The translations under genes and the position numbers were made by a program. A model generated the notes under the pieces. That model was not told the origin of the DNA, did no database searches, and was given only the letters and a program-made list of their open reading frames with translations. From the IMG/VR virus record IMGVR_UViG_2786546901_000002: a stretch of DNA of 20,000 nt. The stretch is one strand, 5' to 3'. Positions 1-8,783 of the stretch are shown piece after piece (position 1 is the first letter of the stretch; each line of letters begins with the position of its first letter). The DNA comes from an uncultured virus (IMG/VR IMGVR_UViG_2786546901_000002). Taxonomy: Duplodnaviria > Heunggongvirae > Uroviricota > Caudoviricetes.

Positions 1-297
1 CTGGAGGACTTCTTCAGGGTCGTTGCCGGCGAGCGTCCGGCAAAGGAAGAGGTATCGTTTTCTTCAGATAAGGAGGGAAACTATTATTTCAACGGACGCA
101 AGGTCAAGGTGGAAAATTCTGACGAGTACGCCTACCGCCTGCTGAAAACCAAAATACAGACGAGCTACCGGCGTCCGGTAGATTTTTACTTCCGCTTCCT
201 TGCCCGTTTCGGACCATACGGAACTTATGGCAACGTGTATTACCCGAGTATCACGGACCTGATATGCAGGCGTTACCTGCCTGAAACCGCAAAATGA
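1..297 (+). CDS. Hypothetical protein, 5'-truncated by window edge
   Basis: Frame 1 is open from base 1 (LEDFFRVVAGERPAKEEV...RRYLPETAK*) to TGA at 295-297. The track's 109 start is internal. Confidence 0.8.
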   Translation: MEDFFRVVAGERPAKEEVSFSSDKEGNYYFNGRKVKVENSDEYAYRLLKTKIQTSYRRPVDFYFRFLARFGPYGTYGNVYYPSITDLICRRYLPETAK

Positions 298-303
298 ATT
301 CCG

Positions 304-340
304 GAAAGGCGATGGACAACGGTTCACCGCCTTTCTTATT
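304..340 (+). terminator. Stem-loop, possible intrinsic terminator or RNA structure
   Basis: GAAAGGCGATGGAC-AACG-GTTCACCGCCTTTC (14-bp stem, one mismatch, one G-U) followed by TTATT, directly after the stop codon. Confidence 0.55.
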
Positions 341-366
341 GTATAACTTTTTTAATATCAATCATT

Positions 367-1266
367 ATGGCAACAGCATTAGCAACAACGGCCGCCCCCG
401 TGCAGTTCGATTTCCAGAACAACAACGTCGAGGTGATGACGCTCGACACGCTCCGGCGCACACACAAGGAAAATGACATCTATGGCAACCCGCTCAAGGG
501 AATCTACCATTACGAGGTGATAGAGCGCATGGCGGACATCTGCCAGAAACACAACCTGAATTACGAGGTGGAGGAAATCTTCGCCGCCCAGAACAAGAAC
601 AAGGCACAGCCCGGCGTGGTCGTCCTGCCCCAGGTGGAACAAAAGTACGGGGCGATGGCCGTCGAGGCGCATATCCTGCGCCGCGTTTATACGACCATCC
701 GCATTAAGGAATGGGAAACGGACGAGCTGACCACGACGCTTGTCATCGCCTTCCATCAGGACGGCATCCAGGCGGCCATCGGCCCGTGCGTCAGGGTGTG
801 CCACAACCAGTGCATCCTCTCCCCCGAACGCAGTGTGTCGAACTACGGGAAAGACAAAGTCACCACCGAAGAGCTTTTCGGTCGTGTAGACGAGTGGCTC
901 TCGAACTTCGAGGTACAGATGAACGAGGACAGGGAACGCATCCGCCGCCTGAAAGCGAAAGTAATTACCCCGGTGGAGATGTACGCCTACATCGGATTGC
1001 TGACAGCATTGCGCGTATCGCATGACAGTTCCGACAAGCGTCTTTCGTCCAAGGTGGAGACCTATCCCCTGAACCAGTCCCAGATTTCCATCTTCACCGA
1101 GGACCTGCTCAAACTCACCGAAGAGAAGAAGACGCTCACGGCGTGGGATATCTATAACGTGGCAACCGAAATCTACAAGCCCGGACGTACGGACATTCCG
1201 GCCATGATTCCCCAGAACGGGGCGCTGGCCGAGCTGATGCTCTCGGAAGGGTTGCCGGAATCTTAA
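367..1266 (+). CDS. DUF932-like protein (299 aa)
   Basis: Long ORF with an AT-rich leader. HQDGIQAAIGPCVRVCHNQCI resembles the G-x-x-R-x-VC-x-N motif of the DUF932 phage/plasmid family. Confidence 0.65.
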   Translation: MATALATTAAPVQFDFQNNNVEVMTLDTLRRTHKENDIYGNPLKGIYHYEVIERMADICQKHNLNYEVEEIFAAQNKNKAQPGVVVLPQVEQKYGAMAVEAHILRRVYTTIRIKEWETDELTTTLVIAFHQDGIQAAIGPCVRVCHNQCILSPERSVSNYGKDKVTTEELFGRVDEWLSNFEVQMNEDRERIRRLKAKVITPVEMYAYIGLLTALRVSHDSSDKRLSSKVETYPLNQSQISIFTEDLLKLTEEKKTLTAWDIYNVATEIYKPGRTDIPAMIPQNGALAELMLSEGLPES

Positions 1267-1277
1267 AAGGCTGCCAC

Positions 1278-1868
1278 GTGACAAGAATCAAGGGACAACT
1301 GACGACAGCCGACTACCTGCCCATAGCGGAATATAACAGGCTGGTCCGCGGGCTTGAGAAGGACGGCGAGTACCTGTGGGAGACCTACTGCTGGCTGTCG
1401 TTCTGCACGGCATGCAGGGCCTCCGACGTGAGGACCCTGCGCTGGAAAGACATCTTAGGAAAAAGCACCATGACCCGCATCGAGCAGAAAACAAAGAAAA
1501 ACCGCCTGATCAAGTTCAACAGGGACGTGCAGGAGAAGAACCGTTTCCTGTACGAGATGCTCGGACAACCCGCCCCCGAACAGTACATCTTTCTCAGCCC
1601 GCGTACCGGGAAACCTTACTCGCTGGAATACATCAACAGGCTGCTCAAGGTATTCAAGGTAAGGTACAGGCTGCCGATCAGGGCATTCTCCACACATACC
1701 TTCCGCAAGACTTTCGGGCGCTATGTCTACGAGCTGATGGGACGCTCGGCCGAGGGCCTGATCCTGCTCAACCAGATATTCCGCCATTCCAACCTGGAAA
1801 CCACCCGGCGCTACATCGGGCTGGCGCAGGAGGACATCGACAAAGTGTTCGATTCCATACGTCTATGA
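1278..1868 (+). CDS. Tyrosine recombinase/integrase, catalytic domain only (196 aa, GTG start)
   Basis: Full catalytic set: R (CRASDV), K (EQKTKK), HxxR (HTFRKT), H (HSN), Y (TRRYIG). Confidence 0.92.
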   Translation: MTRIKGQLTTADYLPIAEYNRLVRGLEKDGEYLWETYCWLSFCTACRASDVRTLRWKDILGKSTMTRIEQKTKKNRLIKFNRDVQEKNRFLYEMLGQPAPEQYIFLSPRTGKPYSLEYINRLLKVFKVRYRLPIRAFSTHTFRKTFGRYVYELMGRSAEGLILLNQIFRHSNLETTRRYIGLAQEDIDKVFDSIRL

Positions 1869-1884
1869 GAATATTTTCAACGAT

Positions 1885-1913
1885 GCCCGGAACCCGAGCG
1901 GGAGGTTCCGGGC
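1885..1913 (+). other. Perfect 10-bp hairpin downstream of the recombinase
   Basis: GCCCGGAACC (1885-1894), 9-nt loop, GGTTCCGGGC (1904-1913). Confidence 0.75.
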
Positions 1914-1949
1914 TATGCTTTATATAACATATCAAAATCAGAACTGTAA

Positions 1950-2618
1950 ATGGACACACCGATATATATCGACACATACTTCCGCGTCGAGTCCGGCTAT
2001 GACGGCGGTCGCATGCCGGAAGAGAAAGCCGGACGCTTCTTCGACGAGGTAAAGCGCCTTTTCACGGAAACAGGGTTCAGCATCAAGGAAAACAAATACA
2101 AAGACGGTTGTCCCGAGGTGTATCTCGGAAAGACATGCCTGTACTGTCATCCCCAATCGTTATCGGGCCCTGTTCTTAAAGAGCACATGGAGCTTATCGA
2201 GAAGATTCTGGCACAAGGAACGACCTTCCGGTACCTACGTACTGACACTTACGGCGAGATTCTCGACCTGACGGAGGAGGAAGAACTCGCGTATTACCAC
2301 AAGACTCATGACATGACTATCGGGGGTGTCTTTCTCGACGCCTTCCGCACCAAGCGCCGGAACCTGTACAAGAGCCGGGAGCAGGTGCTGGAAATACTCG
2401 TCGAAAAGCTGCGTGTCAAGACACTCCGTGGGAAGTCCGTTTATTCGAACACCTCCCCGGCATACCGTTATATCAGGGAAATGTACGGGAAAATGGTGTC
2501 TGAAGGACGGCTCGTCGAGGGATGCAAGCAAACCGCTTCCGGGAAACTGCCGCTCTGCCGCACGGCAACCGGCAGGGAACTGAAAATGAAAAGACGGGAA
2601 GACGACAGGACGGAATGA
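1950..2618 (+). CDS. Hypothetical protein (222 aa)
   Basis: ORF with A-rich leader, co-oriented with its neighbours, normal protein composition. Confidence 0.85.
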   Translation: MDTPIYIDTYFRVESGYDGGRMPEEKAGRFFDEVKRLFTETGFSIKENKYKDGCPEVYLGKTCLYCHPQSLSGPVLKEHMELIEKILAQGTTFRYLRTDTYGEILDLTEEEELAYYHKTHDMTIGGVFLDAFRTKRRNLYKSREQVLEILVEKLRVKTLRGKSVYSNTSPAYRYIREMYGKMVSEGRLVEGCKQTASGKLPLCRTATGRELKMKRREDDRTE

Positions 2619-2748
2619 CACGCGGTTCCGTACCGGACATGGCCGGATACCAGTCCGAAGACTTCTGTAAATCATAATTTTCAAGCCGGACTGTCAATCG
2701 AAAGAAGGACGACCCGGCTATACTTCAACAACAAGAGATAGCACTATT

Positions 2749-3339
2749 ATGAGCATACAAATCGGAAAACTGTTGCCGGACGGCAGTGTCCGGCACATCA
2801 AGGCGCTCCATGAGACGCTTTCAAAAGACCTTGTGAGGAAACTCCGGGTGTTCTATCCCAATGACAGACGGGTAGATGCCCTGCTGTCGCTGGGCGACAT
2901 ACAAAAACTGGGACCGTCACCCTATGGAAAATGGACAGGAACCGGCGATACCGTCCACTGTTTTTCAAAGATCCGTGACGGACGGGAAACACCGCGGCAA
3001 TCCGCATCACGCATCGCGGACAACGCAGACATTTTCGGCCGCATGGAGGACACGTGCCTCCTGTTCGATAACGGCAGATGGCGTGTCATGGACAAGGGAG
3101 AATACTGTGAACAGCCGCTCTTCGTCGAAGATACGCCCTCCCATGACAGCATGAAACCGATCACGGTATATGTGAACAACCATGTCCGACTCGAAAAGAT
3201 AAATACACCGCAGCACTGGCAGGGACTTGAGGAACTCGCCGAACGGGAATCCAGGATACTCTATGTCTACCGGGGGTGCCGCCTTGTGAGAATCGTCCGT
3301 TCGTCCAACCTTAAAAAGAAACTGTATGCGGCACAATAA
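2749..3339 (+). CDS. Hypothetical protein (196 aa), resembles an uncharacterised phage-type family
   Basis: ORF with A-rich leader. N-terminal IG...DGSV..I and LLSLGDIQKL...RDGRE pattern. Confidence 0.85.
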   Translation: MSIQIGKLLPDGSVRHIKALHETLSKDLVRKLRVFYPNDRRVDALLSLGDIQKLGPSPYGKWTGTGDTVHCFSKIRDGRETPRQSASRIADNADIFGRMEDTCLLFDNGRWRVMDKGEYCEQPLFVEDTPSHDSMKPITVYVNNHVRLEKINTPQHWQGLEELAERESRILYVYRGCRLVRIVRSSNLKKKLYAAQ

Positions 3340-5230
3340 CATCGTATCGGCCATAGAATGGCTGCCGGAACACCTGTTCACGGAAGAGATCGTGGAAGCA
3401 GCCGTCGAAAGCAAGGAAATAGAGGTGCTGAGCCATATTCCGGGACGTTTCCTCACACCCGGACGTATAGAACGAATCATCGCGGGCAGCACGGAGAGCT
3501 GGCACAGCTTCGAGCTGCGCAATATTCCGGAGGCGTACCGTTCGGGAGCAGTCTGTGACTACGCCATGCGCAAAAAACCGAAGAATATCACGGCCGTTCC
3601 CGAAGCAATGGTTACCCGAGAAATGGCAGAAGCGGTCATCCGAAACGGACGCGGGGATTTCGACATTCTCGCCTTCATACCTGAACGCCTTTGGGATGCG
3701 CAACTGGCATACCTGGCCTTGCGCAGCTATATTTACGACCCGTATTACACGGACAGCAGGACAGACGCCGTCATGAAAACGGGGCTTATCCTCGGATATG
3801 TCCCCGTTGAGGTAAAGACTCAAGAGTTCTATTACGGGATGCTCGACGGGATGAAAATATTGAGCACGGTTACCGATGCCGTCGTGCCGTCCCGTTTCAA
3901 GACTGCGGCATACTACCGCAAGATGGCGGAACATGACCTCTCGCTTGTTCCCGCCCGGTTCTATTCCTATGAGATTCTCCATGCGGCTGTCTGTTCGACC
4001 GAAGGAAAAAACTTCATCACAGACCCCCAGTTTTTCAAGCCGTTGTCGGTATATCTGGACGACATGCTGGCGGACCGGCTGATGGAGAAACACCCTTACA
4101 TGTTCGGGGAGTTGCCGAAGCGGTTCAAGACACCGGAAAGACTGGTCATTGCCATCGATAACAGCAAACGGGAGACGAACTGCTATATCGACGAGGAAAC
4201 TGAACAATCCCTGCTCACGGTGGAAGTGTGCAAGGCATTCATCCGAAGAAACGGCAACTGTCCCGAATTTCCTGAAAATGTATGGACGCGGGAATTTGTC
4301 GACTACTGCATGGAGCACGGGACGAGTTTCCGCTGGTTCCGCCAGATGCCCAAAAAGTTCCAGAGCTCCGCGAACACGCAGGCGGCGTATGATTACGGTC
4401 ATTACCATATCTGTGACTTTGCCAAACGGTTCATCACTCCGCAAATGGCGAAGGAGTGCTACCAGGAGCGCAGTTATGCACATGCCATCCCCGGACATTT
4501 CCTCACGGAGTTCTGCCGACAGACCGGACTGCCCGAGAAGTTCTACGGCGGGGAAACCACGATGCTGTCGCTGAAAAACAGCCGTGACGACTATACTTAC
4601 TGCAAAGTCGGCAATACCTGTCTGGCCTTTTACCTGAAAGAACAATACGAGCCGTCCTCGGCACATCTGATGATGACGCGGTCGGATTCAAAATACTGCA
4701 CGCCGGAGAAGGTGTTCGACGTGCCTGTCGGAACCTTCCACCGCACGTGGCTGGAAAAGATCGTGGCGGAAAACGACCCCCGCTTTGTCAAACCCCGTGT
4801 GGACAAAGCGTTGAAAGCCGTACAGGCGGTCTGCTATTACGGTGTCGAGAAGTTGAAGGACCTGAACCGTACGGAAATCTTCCGCAACACCTTCATGGGT
4901 GAGACCATCGGTTACTGCGCCCGCCGCAGGGACCTGACCTACCACAGCGACAACTGCGGGACCCTTATCGAGGGCTTGAAGTTCAAGATCCGGGGAATGG
5001 CTGTCCCCGTAACCTTGGCGGAAGACATGACTCCTTATACGGCCGACATGCTGCACCGGAAGTTCGGCTTCTGCTATATCGGAATGACGGCATTCGCCAC
5101 GGACTACGGCCTGGACATGGAGAAGGCATACACCTTTGCACAGATGCGCCAGATCGTAAGGGAGAAAGGGCACAAGCCGTCATTGAGAAACTACAAACGT
5201 GAACTGAAACAAATAAACATCATACAATGA
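3326..5230 (+). CDS. Helical-repeat protein (DUF4116-like repeats), 634 aa
   Basis: At least nine ~25-aa repeats such as IEWLPEHLFTEEIVEAAV, LRNIPEAYRSGAVCDYAM, ITAVPEAMVTREMAEAVI and LSLVPARFYSYEILHAAV. Overlaps both neighbouring genes. Confidence 0.85.
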   Translation: MRHNNIVSAIEWLPEHLFTEEIVEAAVESKEIEVLSHIPGRFLTPGRIERIIAGSTESWHSFELRNIPEAYRSGAVCDYAMRKKPKNITAVPEAMVTREMAEAVIRNGRGDFDILAFIPERLWDAQLAYLALRSYIYDPYYTDSRTDAVMKTGLILGYVPVEVKTQEFYYGMLDGMKILSTVTDAVVPSRFKTAAYYRKMAEHDLSLVPARFYSYEILHAAVCSTEGKNFITDPQFFKPLSVYLDDMLADRLMEKHPYMFGELPKRFKTPERLVIAIDNSKRETNCYIDEETEQSLLTVEVCKAFIRRNGNCPEFPENVWTREFVDYCMEHGTSFRWFRQMPKKFQSSANTQAAYDYGHYHICDFAKRFITPQMAKECYQERSYAHAIPGHFLTEFCRQTGLPEKFYGGETTMLSLKNSRDDYTYCKVGNTCLAFYLKEQYEPSSAHLMMTRSDSKYCTPEKVFDVPVGTFHRTWLEKIVAENDPRFVKPRVDKALKAVQAVCYYGVEKLKDLNRTEIFRNTFMGETIGYCARRRDLTYHSDNCGTLIEGLKFKIRGMAVPVTLAEDMTPYTADMLHRKFGFCYIGMTAFATDYGLDMEKAYTFAQMRQIVREKGHKPSLRNYKRELKQINIIQ

Positions 5231-6099
5231 AAAAATACCGGATAGCTATCGAAGAGACGCTCCGTAAGGTCGTGGAGATCGAGGCAGAAACGCCCGGTCT
5301 GGCCGTCTGCAGGGCGGAAGACGAATACAATGAAGAGAAACACGTGCTGTCAGCCGACAATTTCGCAGGAGCTGACATCGCGCTCTCGACTGATGACAGC
5401 ACGGTCATGGAGACTCTGGAAGACGTGGATTTCATCGGATACGTGCAACGCCGTTTCGAGGAATGCCGGGAGTCCATATCCGTCGAAGACAAAGTCCGGC
5501 TGGCATTCGGAAGTTTCGACAACGCCCTGTATGAGTTCGGCGAATACCGTAAGGAGGCGGCTCGGAACCGCCCGCAGGTCTACCTGCTGTACCGGAGCGA
5601 TGCCTGGCACAACCGTTCTTCCATGGAGCTCATAGCCCCGTTCTCCTCCCTCGAAAACATGATGGAGTACCTGCGGCGTAAGAAGAAGGAATTCCGCCTG
5701 ACGGAAAGTGATCTGGAAGAGTTCAAGAACAACCGGCAGACGAAGGGGCGCGACGAAAACTACCTGTACGAGTCGGATTATTTGGATGTGCTGCCGGAAC
5801 AGGAACCCGAACTGCCGCCGAAAGATGACGCTTTCTATGACAAGGTTTTCACCTGCGGGCAATCCGAGCTGTCACGCAGGGAGTTGGAATCTCTGCCGGA
5901 GCCGTTCGATACCTACCATGTTACGGACGAAGAAATGGAACAGATTGTGTACGAAACGGAAATGGAGACACGGGACCGGCTGCGGCTCGGTAAAAGAAAG
6001 CCCATAGATTTTGACAATGACCGCCATAGTGAAATCTGGTGGGAAGAAATGGAAAAAGCAGTGGTAAGGCACGGCGTACCGTACTACGAGGCCGAATAA
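5227..6099 (+). CDS. DpnD/PcfM-like N-terminal domain protein (290 aa)
   Basis: MKKYRIAIEETLRKVVEIEAE...AEDEYNEEKHVLSADNF matches the DpnD/PcfM pattern. ATGA overlap with the upstream stop. Confidence 0.8.
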   Translation: MKKYRIAIEETLRKVVEIEAETPGLAVCRAEDEYNEEKHVLSADNFAGADIALSTDDSTVMETLEDVDFIGYVQRRFEECRESISVEDKVRLAFGSFDNALYEFGEYRKEAARNRPQVYLLYRSDAWHNRSSMELIAPFSSLENMMEYLRRKKKEFRLTESDLEEFKNNRQTKGRDENYLYESDYLDVLPEQEPELPPKDDAFYDKVFTCGQSELSRRELESLPEPFDTYHVTDEEMEQIVYETEMETRDRLRLGKRKPIDFDNDRHSEIWWEEMEKAVVRHGVPYYEAE

Positions 6100-6139
6100 C
6101 GAAAATAGAACCTGTTCATCACATGCCATAATGATGACG

Positions 6140-6175
6140 GGCCGTCGCGGCTACGGCTGCGGCGGTCTTTTTTTT
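6140..6175 (+). terminator. Rho-independent terminator
   Basis: GGCCGTCGCGGC-TACG-GCTGCGGCGGTC (12-bp stem with G-U pairs, UNCG tetraloop) followed by T8. Confidence 0.88.
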
Positions 6176-6239
6176 CAAAACGAGGTGAGTATTCCACCCC
6201 TTATACAAAACGATTACCTACTCTTAAAAAAACGGATTT

Positions 6240-6911
6240 ATGAAACAGACAAGACAGGATTTCTTCACGGCGAACGGGGAAGGAATCAAAATCATGACAT
6301 TTACGGAGTTCGCCCGGCATATCCTGCGTATGGAATGCGGGGAAAGTCTGGAACTGTATGCCGTTGTGAACCGGCAGACACGGGAATGCTCCCGGCCGCT
6401 CTCTGTCAGAAAGGAACAATGGAACGGTACGCCCTTTTACCTGCTCGGCGGGCACGGGCAGGAAGTCCGTACCATCAATTTTGCGGGTCGTCCGAAAGAG
6501 GAGTTTGAAACGACCTGCCATGATGTCTTGGACAGCTACGATGCCGTGGAAAGTATCGGGGCGGTCGTGTCAAGACTGCGTGAATTATCTCCTGAAGAAC
6601 TGCATAAGCGGATTGCGGAAGAGATGAAGACCGGCTGTAAATACCTGTTGGTCTACCGCAGCGAGGAGGAGATGACGGCCGCACTCGACGGCAAGATATA
6701 CGCCATCAGCGATACGGACGGCAAATTCCTTTGCGACCTGTATCAGCCGGATTATCTCCATCTGGAAAACGGGGGCGATATTGTGGACACCGCATCCATT
6801 CCGGACATGCATTTCCATTCCGATTGGGCAATCGCCAACCCCACGGTACGCGACAAGGTGCTCTCCTCCCGGATGGTGATTATATATACCCACGAAACGG
6901 TAACGCTATGA
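6240..6911 (+). CDS. Hypothetical protein (223 aa)
   Basis: ORF after the terminator with an A-rich leader. ATGA-coupled to the next gene. Confidence 0.85.
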   Translation: MKQTRQDFFTANGEGIKIMTFTEFARHILRMECGESLELYAVVNRQTRECSRPLSVRKEQWNGTPFYLLGGHGQEVRTINFAGRPKEEFETTCHDVLDSYDAVESIGAVVSRLRELSPEELHKRIAEEMKTGCKYLLVYRSEEEMTAALDGKIYAISDTDGKFLCDLYQPDYLHLENGGDIVDTASIPDMHFHSDWAIANPTVRDKVLSSRMVIIYTHETVTL

Positions 6912-7258
6912 TAGAGATTGGCAACAGGATAGAAACGCCGGAAGGTGTGTTCTATGAACTGGAATACGGAGGGGAAGGAAACATCTACAAGAACGAGGAT
7001 GCCTTTCTCAACCGCCCCGATGAAGTGTGCTATGTACCTGAATACGCGGCAGAAGACCGTGAGGACTGGCGTGTGTCGGAGAGCAGTGACGGCTGTTTCA
7101 CGCATAACTCACTGCTCGCCCTGTGCAAGGGTAATGAAGAGGTGTGCCAGGATCTGTTTTACAGCCTTGAATGGACGTACCCGACCACCTTGCTGGAAGA
7201 ATGGGACTCGAACGGCTATTTCGATGAGATCGAGGGCTGGTATGACAGTAACGATTAA
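6908..7258 (+). CDS. Small acidic hypothetical protein (116 aa; start MIEIGNR)
   Basis: ATG at 6908 overlaps the upstream TGA (ATGA). The track's 6731 start is an extension inside the previous gene. Confidence 0.82.
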   Translation: MIEIGNRIETPEGVFYELEYGGEGNIYKNEDAFLNRPDEVCYVPEYAAEDREDWRVSESSDGCFTHNSLLALCKGNEEVCQDLFYSLEWTYPTTLLEEWDSNGYFDEIEGWYDSND

Positions 7259-7579
7259 ATGGAACGGCATATCATGGACAGGAAATACAAAATCACATAC
7301 TCGGGAAAAATCACGGGCAAGACCCCGAACTACATATTGAGCCTGCGGGCGCATCTGAAAGGCATCTTCCCTGAAATGGAACGGTATGGTAAGGAAGAAT
7401 TCGACCACGTGCTTCATTGCATCAGCTCGTTCATTGATGATTTTACCTTCAAGGTACGCAATTCCCGATACCGGGGAGACATCCTGAAAAGGACTATCAG
7501 TAACGACTGCCTGAAAGTGTTCAACCTGGGTGACGAGAAAGTGATACTGACCGTCTCCTTCACCCCGCTGGAAACATGA
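7259..7579 (+). CDS. Hypothetical protein (106 aa; alternative start 7274)
   Basis: Abuts the previous stop codon and fills the gap in the co-directional array. Confidence 0.75.
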   Translation: MERHIMDRKYKITYSGKITGKTPNYILSLRAHLKGIFPEMERYGKEEFDHVLHCISSFIDDFTFKVRNSRYRGDILKRTISNDCLKVFNLGDEKVILTVSFTPLET

Positions 7580-7589
7580 AACCAACAAT

Positions 7590-8018
7590 ATGACAGATAT
7601 GGATAAAATACAGAAAGACAATGCGGAGCCGGGCAAAGCCCCGGACAAAATGAGCGCCGACAAGCTGCATCTGTTCGCCACCCAGTACGCCTTTATCGAC
7701 GGACGGCTGCACGAGGCCGAGCAAGCCATGCTGAAATTCATGCTGGAGTTCCTGGCACAATATGGCCGCGTATCACTCGGCCTTACAGAAGAGGAGGAAC
7801 TCGATGACAACAACTTCCCCGTCACGACAACCTTGTACGGGAAGCACGACACGCCCCGTATCAAGCTTACCGATGTCTACCTGACGGATGACGGGGAATA
7901 TCTCCTTGCTGACGGAATAGATGCGGAGACCGGGGAAAAACGGGACGGATTCTATATCTACAGCGAACAATACGCCGATATCTTCCAGTTCGTCGGCCAC
8001 GCTTCGGAGATGAACTGA
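7590..8018 (+). CDS. Acidic hypothetical protein (142 aa)
   Basis: ORF with an A-rich leader, 10 nt after the previous stop. Confidence 0.82.
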   Translation: MTDMDKIQKDNAEPGKAPDKMSADKLHLFATQYAFIDGRLHEAEQAMLKFMLEFLAQYGRVSLGLTEEEELDDNNFPVTTTLYGKHDTPRIKLTDVYLTDDGEYLLADGIDAETGEKRDGFYIYSEQYADIFQFVGHASEMN

Positions 8019-8050
8019 CGAATGAGGAACAACCATAAAACGAAATATCA

Positions 8051-8569
8051 ATGGACTGTATCAAAGATTTACAAGACGCCATCCGCAACATTCTCGTGAA
8101 CAACGGCCTTACGGAACTCTGTCTGGGAGAGCCTGACGAACTGGACGATCCCACCTATATCATCTGGTATGACAGGCACTGTGAGCCTCACGAAGACCCG
8201 GTATTGAAGGTTTACCTTGAAAATGAGGGCATTGCCGTTGAGGTCGAAGCCCGCAGTTTCGGGAACACGATAACCGTCTACGATTATGACATAGACCGTA
8301 TTGAATGGTGGAAAGGCATTCATGCCAATATTCTGGAAGTGCTGGAGCGTGACGGCAAGCGCCGGTGTCCGGCCTGTGGCAGGACGGTCAAGGGGAAGCA
8401 GCGGTATTGCGGTGCCGGATGCCGTGATTTCATGACTCCCGGACCGACAGTGGAGCAGGTCGCGGAAAAAGCCAACCGGAATATCCGCAAACTGGCAAGC
8501 CTTGCCGCCGGAAAAGACAAGGCGTACCGGAAGCGGCTGATAGAGAAATATACCGTCGGTCCGTCATAA
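8051..8569 (+). CDS. Hypothetical protein with C-terminal zinc ribbon (172 aa)
   Basis: CPACGRTVKGKQRYCGAGC (CxxC-x10-CxxxC). Confidence 0.82.
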   Translation: MDCIKDLQDAIRNILVNNGLTELCLGEPDELDDPTYIIWYDRHCEPHEDPVLKVYLENEGIAVEVEARSFGNTITVYDYDIDRIEWWKGIHANILEVLERDGKRRCPACGRTVKGKQRYCGAGCRDFMTPGPTVEQVAEKANRNIRKLASLAAGKDKAYRKRLIEKYTVGPS

Positions 8570-8603
8570 GCCGGCTTTGTTACACTAAAAAATGTATGAT
8601 ATT

Positions 8604-8783
8604 ATGGCAACAAGAACCATTTACCTGACCGTACGGCTCGATATCGACAACCCGAAGGCTGATGAAATAACGGACGAAGAGGTTGACGAAATTATCAGCG
8701 AAGTGGACTATGAATTCAAAAATTACGGGGACTATGAAATCGACACGGAAATCTGCGGGAAAAATGACGAAGGTGGTCTTTAG
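8604..8783 (+). CDS. Very acidic small protein (59 aa; alternative start 8592)
   Basis: MATRTIYLTVRLDIDN...; 18 D/E versus 5 K/R by manual count. Confidence 0.75.
   Translation: MATRTIYLTVRLDIDNPKADEITDEEVDEIISEVDYEFKNYGDYEIDTEICGKNDEGGL

Noticed and set aside
379..1284. 301-aa - strand ORF, and similar long antisense ORFs at 3311-4666, 7109-7864 and 9569-10270
   Set aside because: They mirror well-supported + strand genes, have no motifs and show the composition typical of antisense shadow frames.
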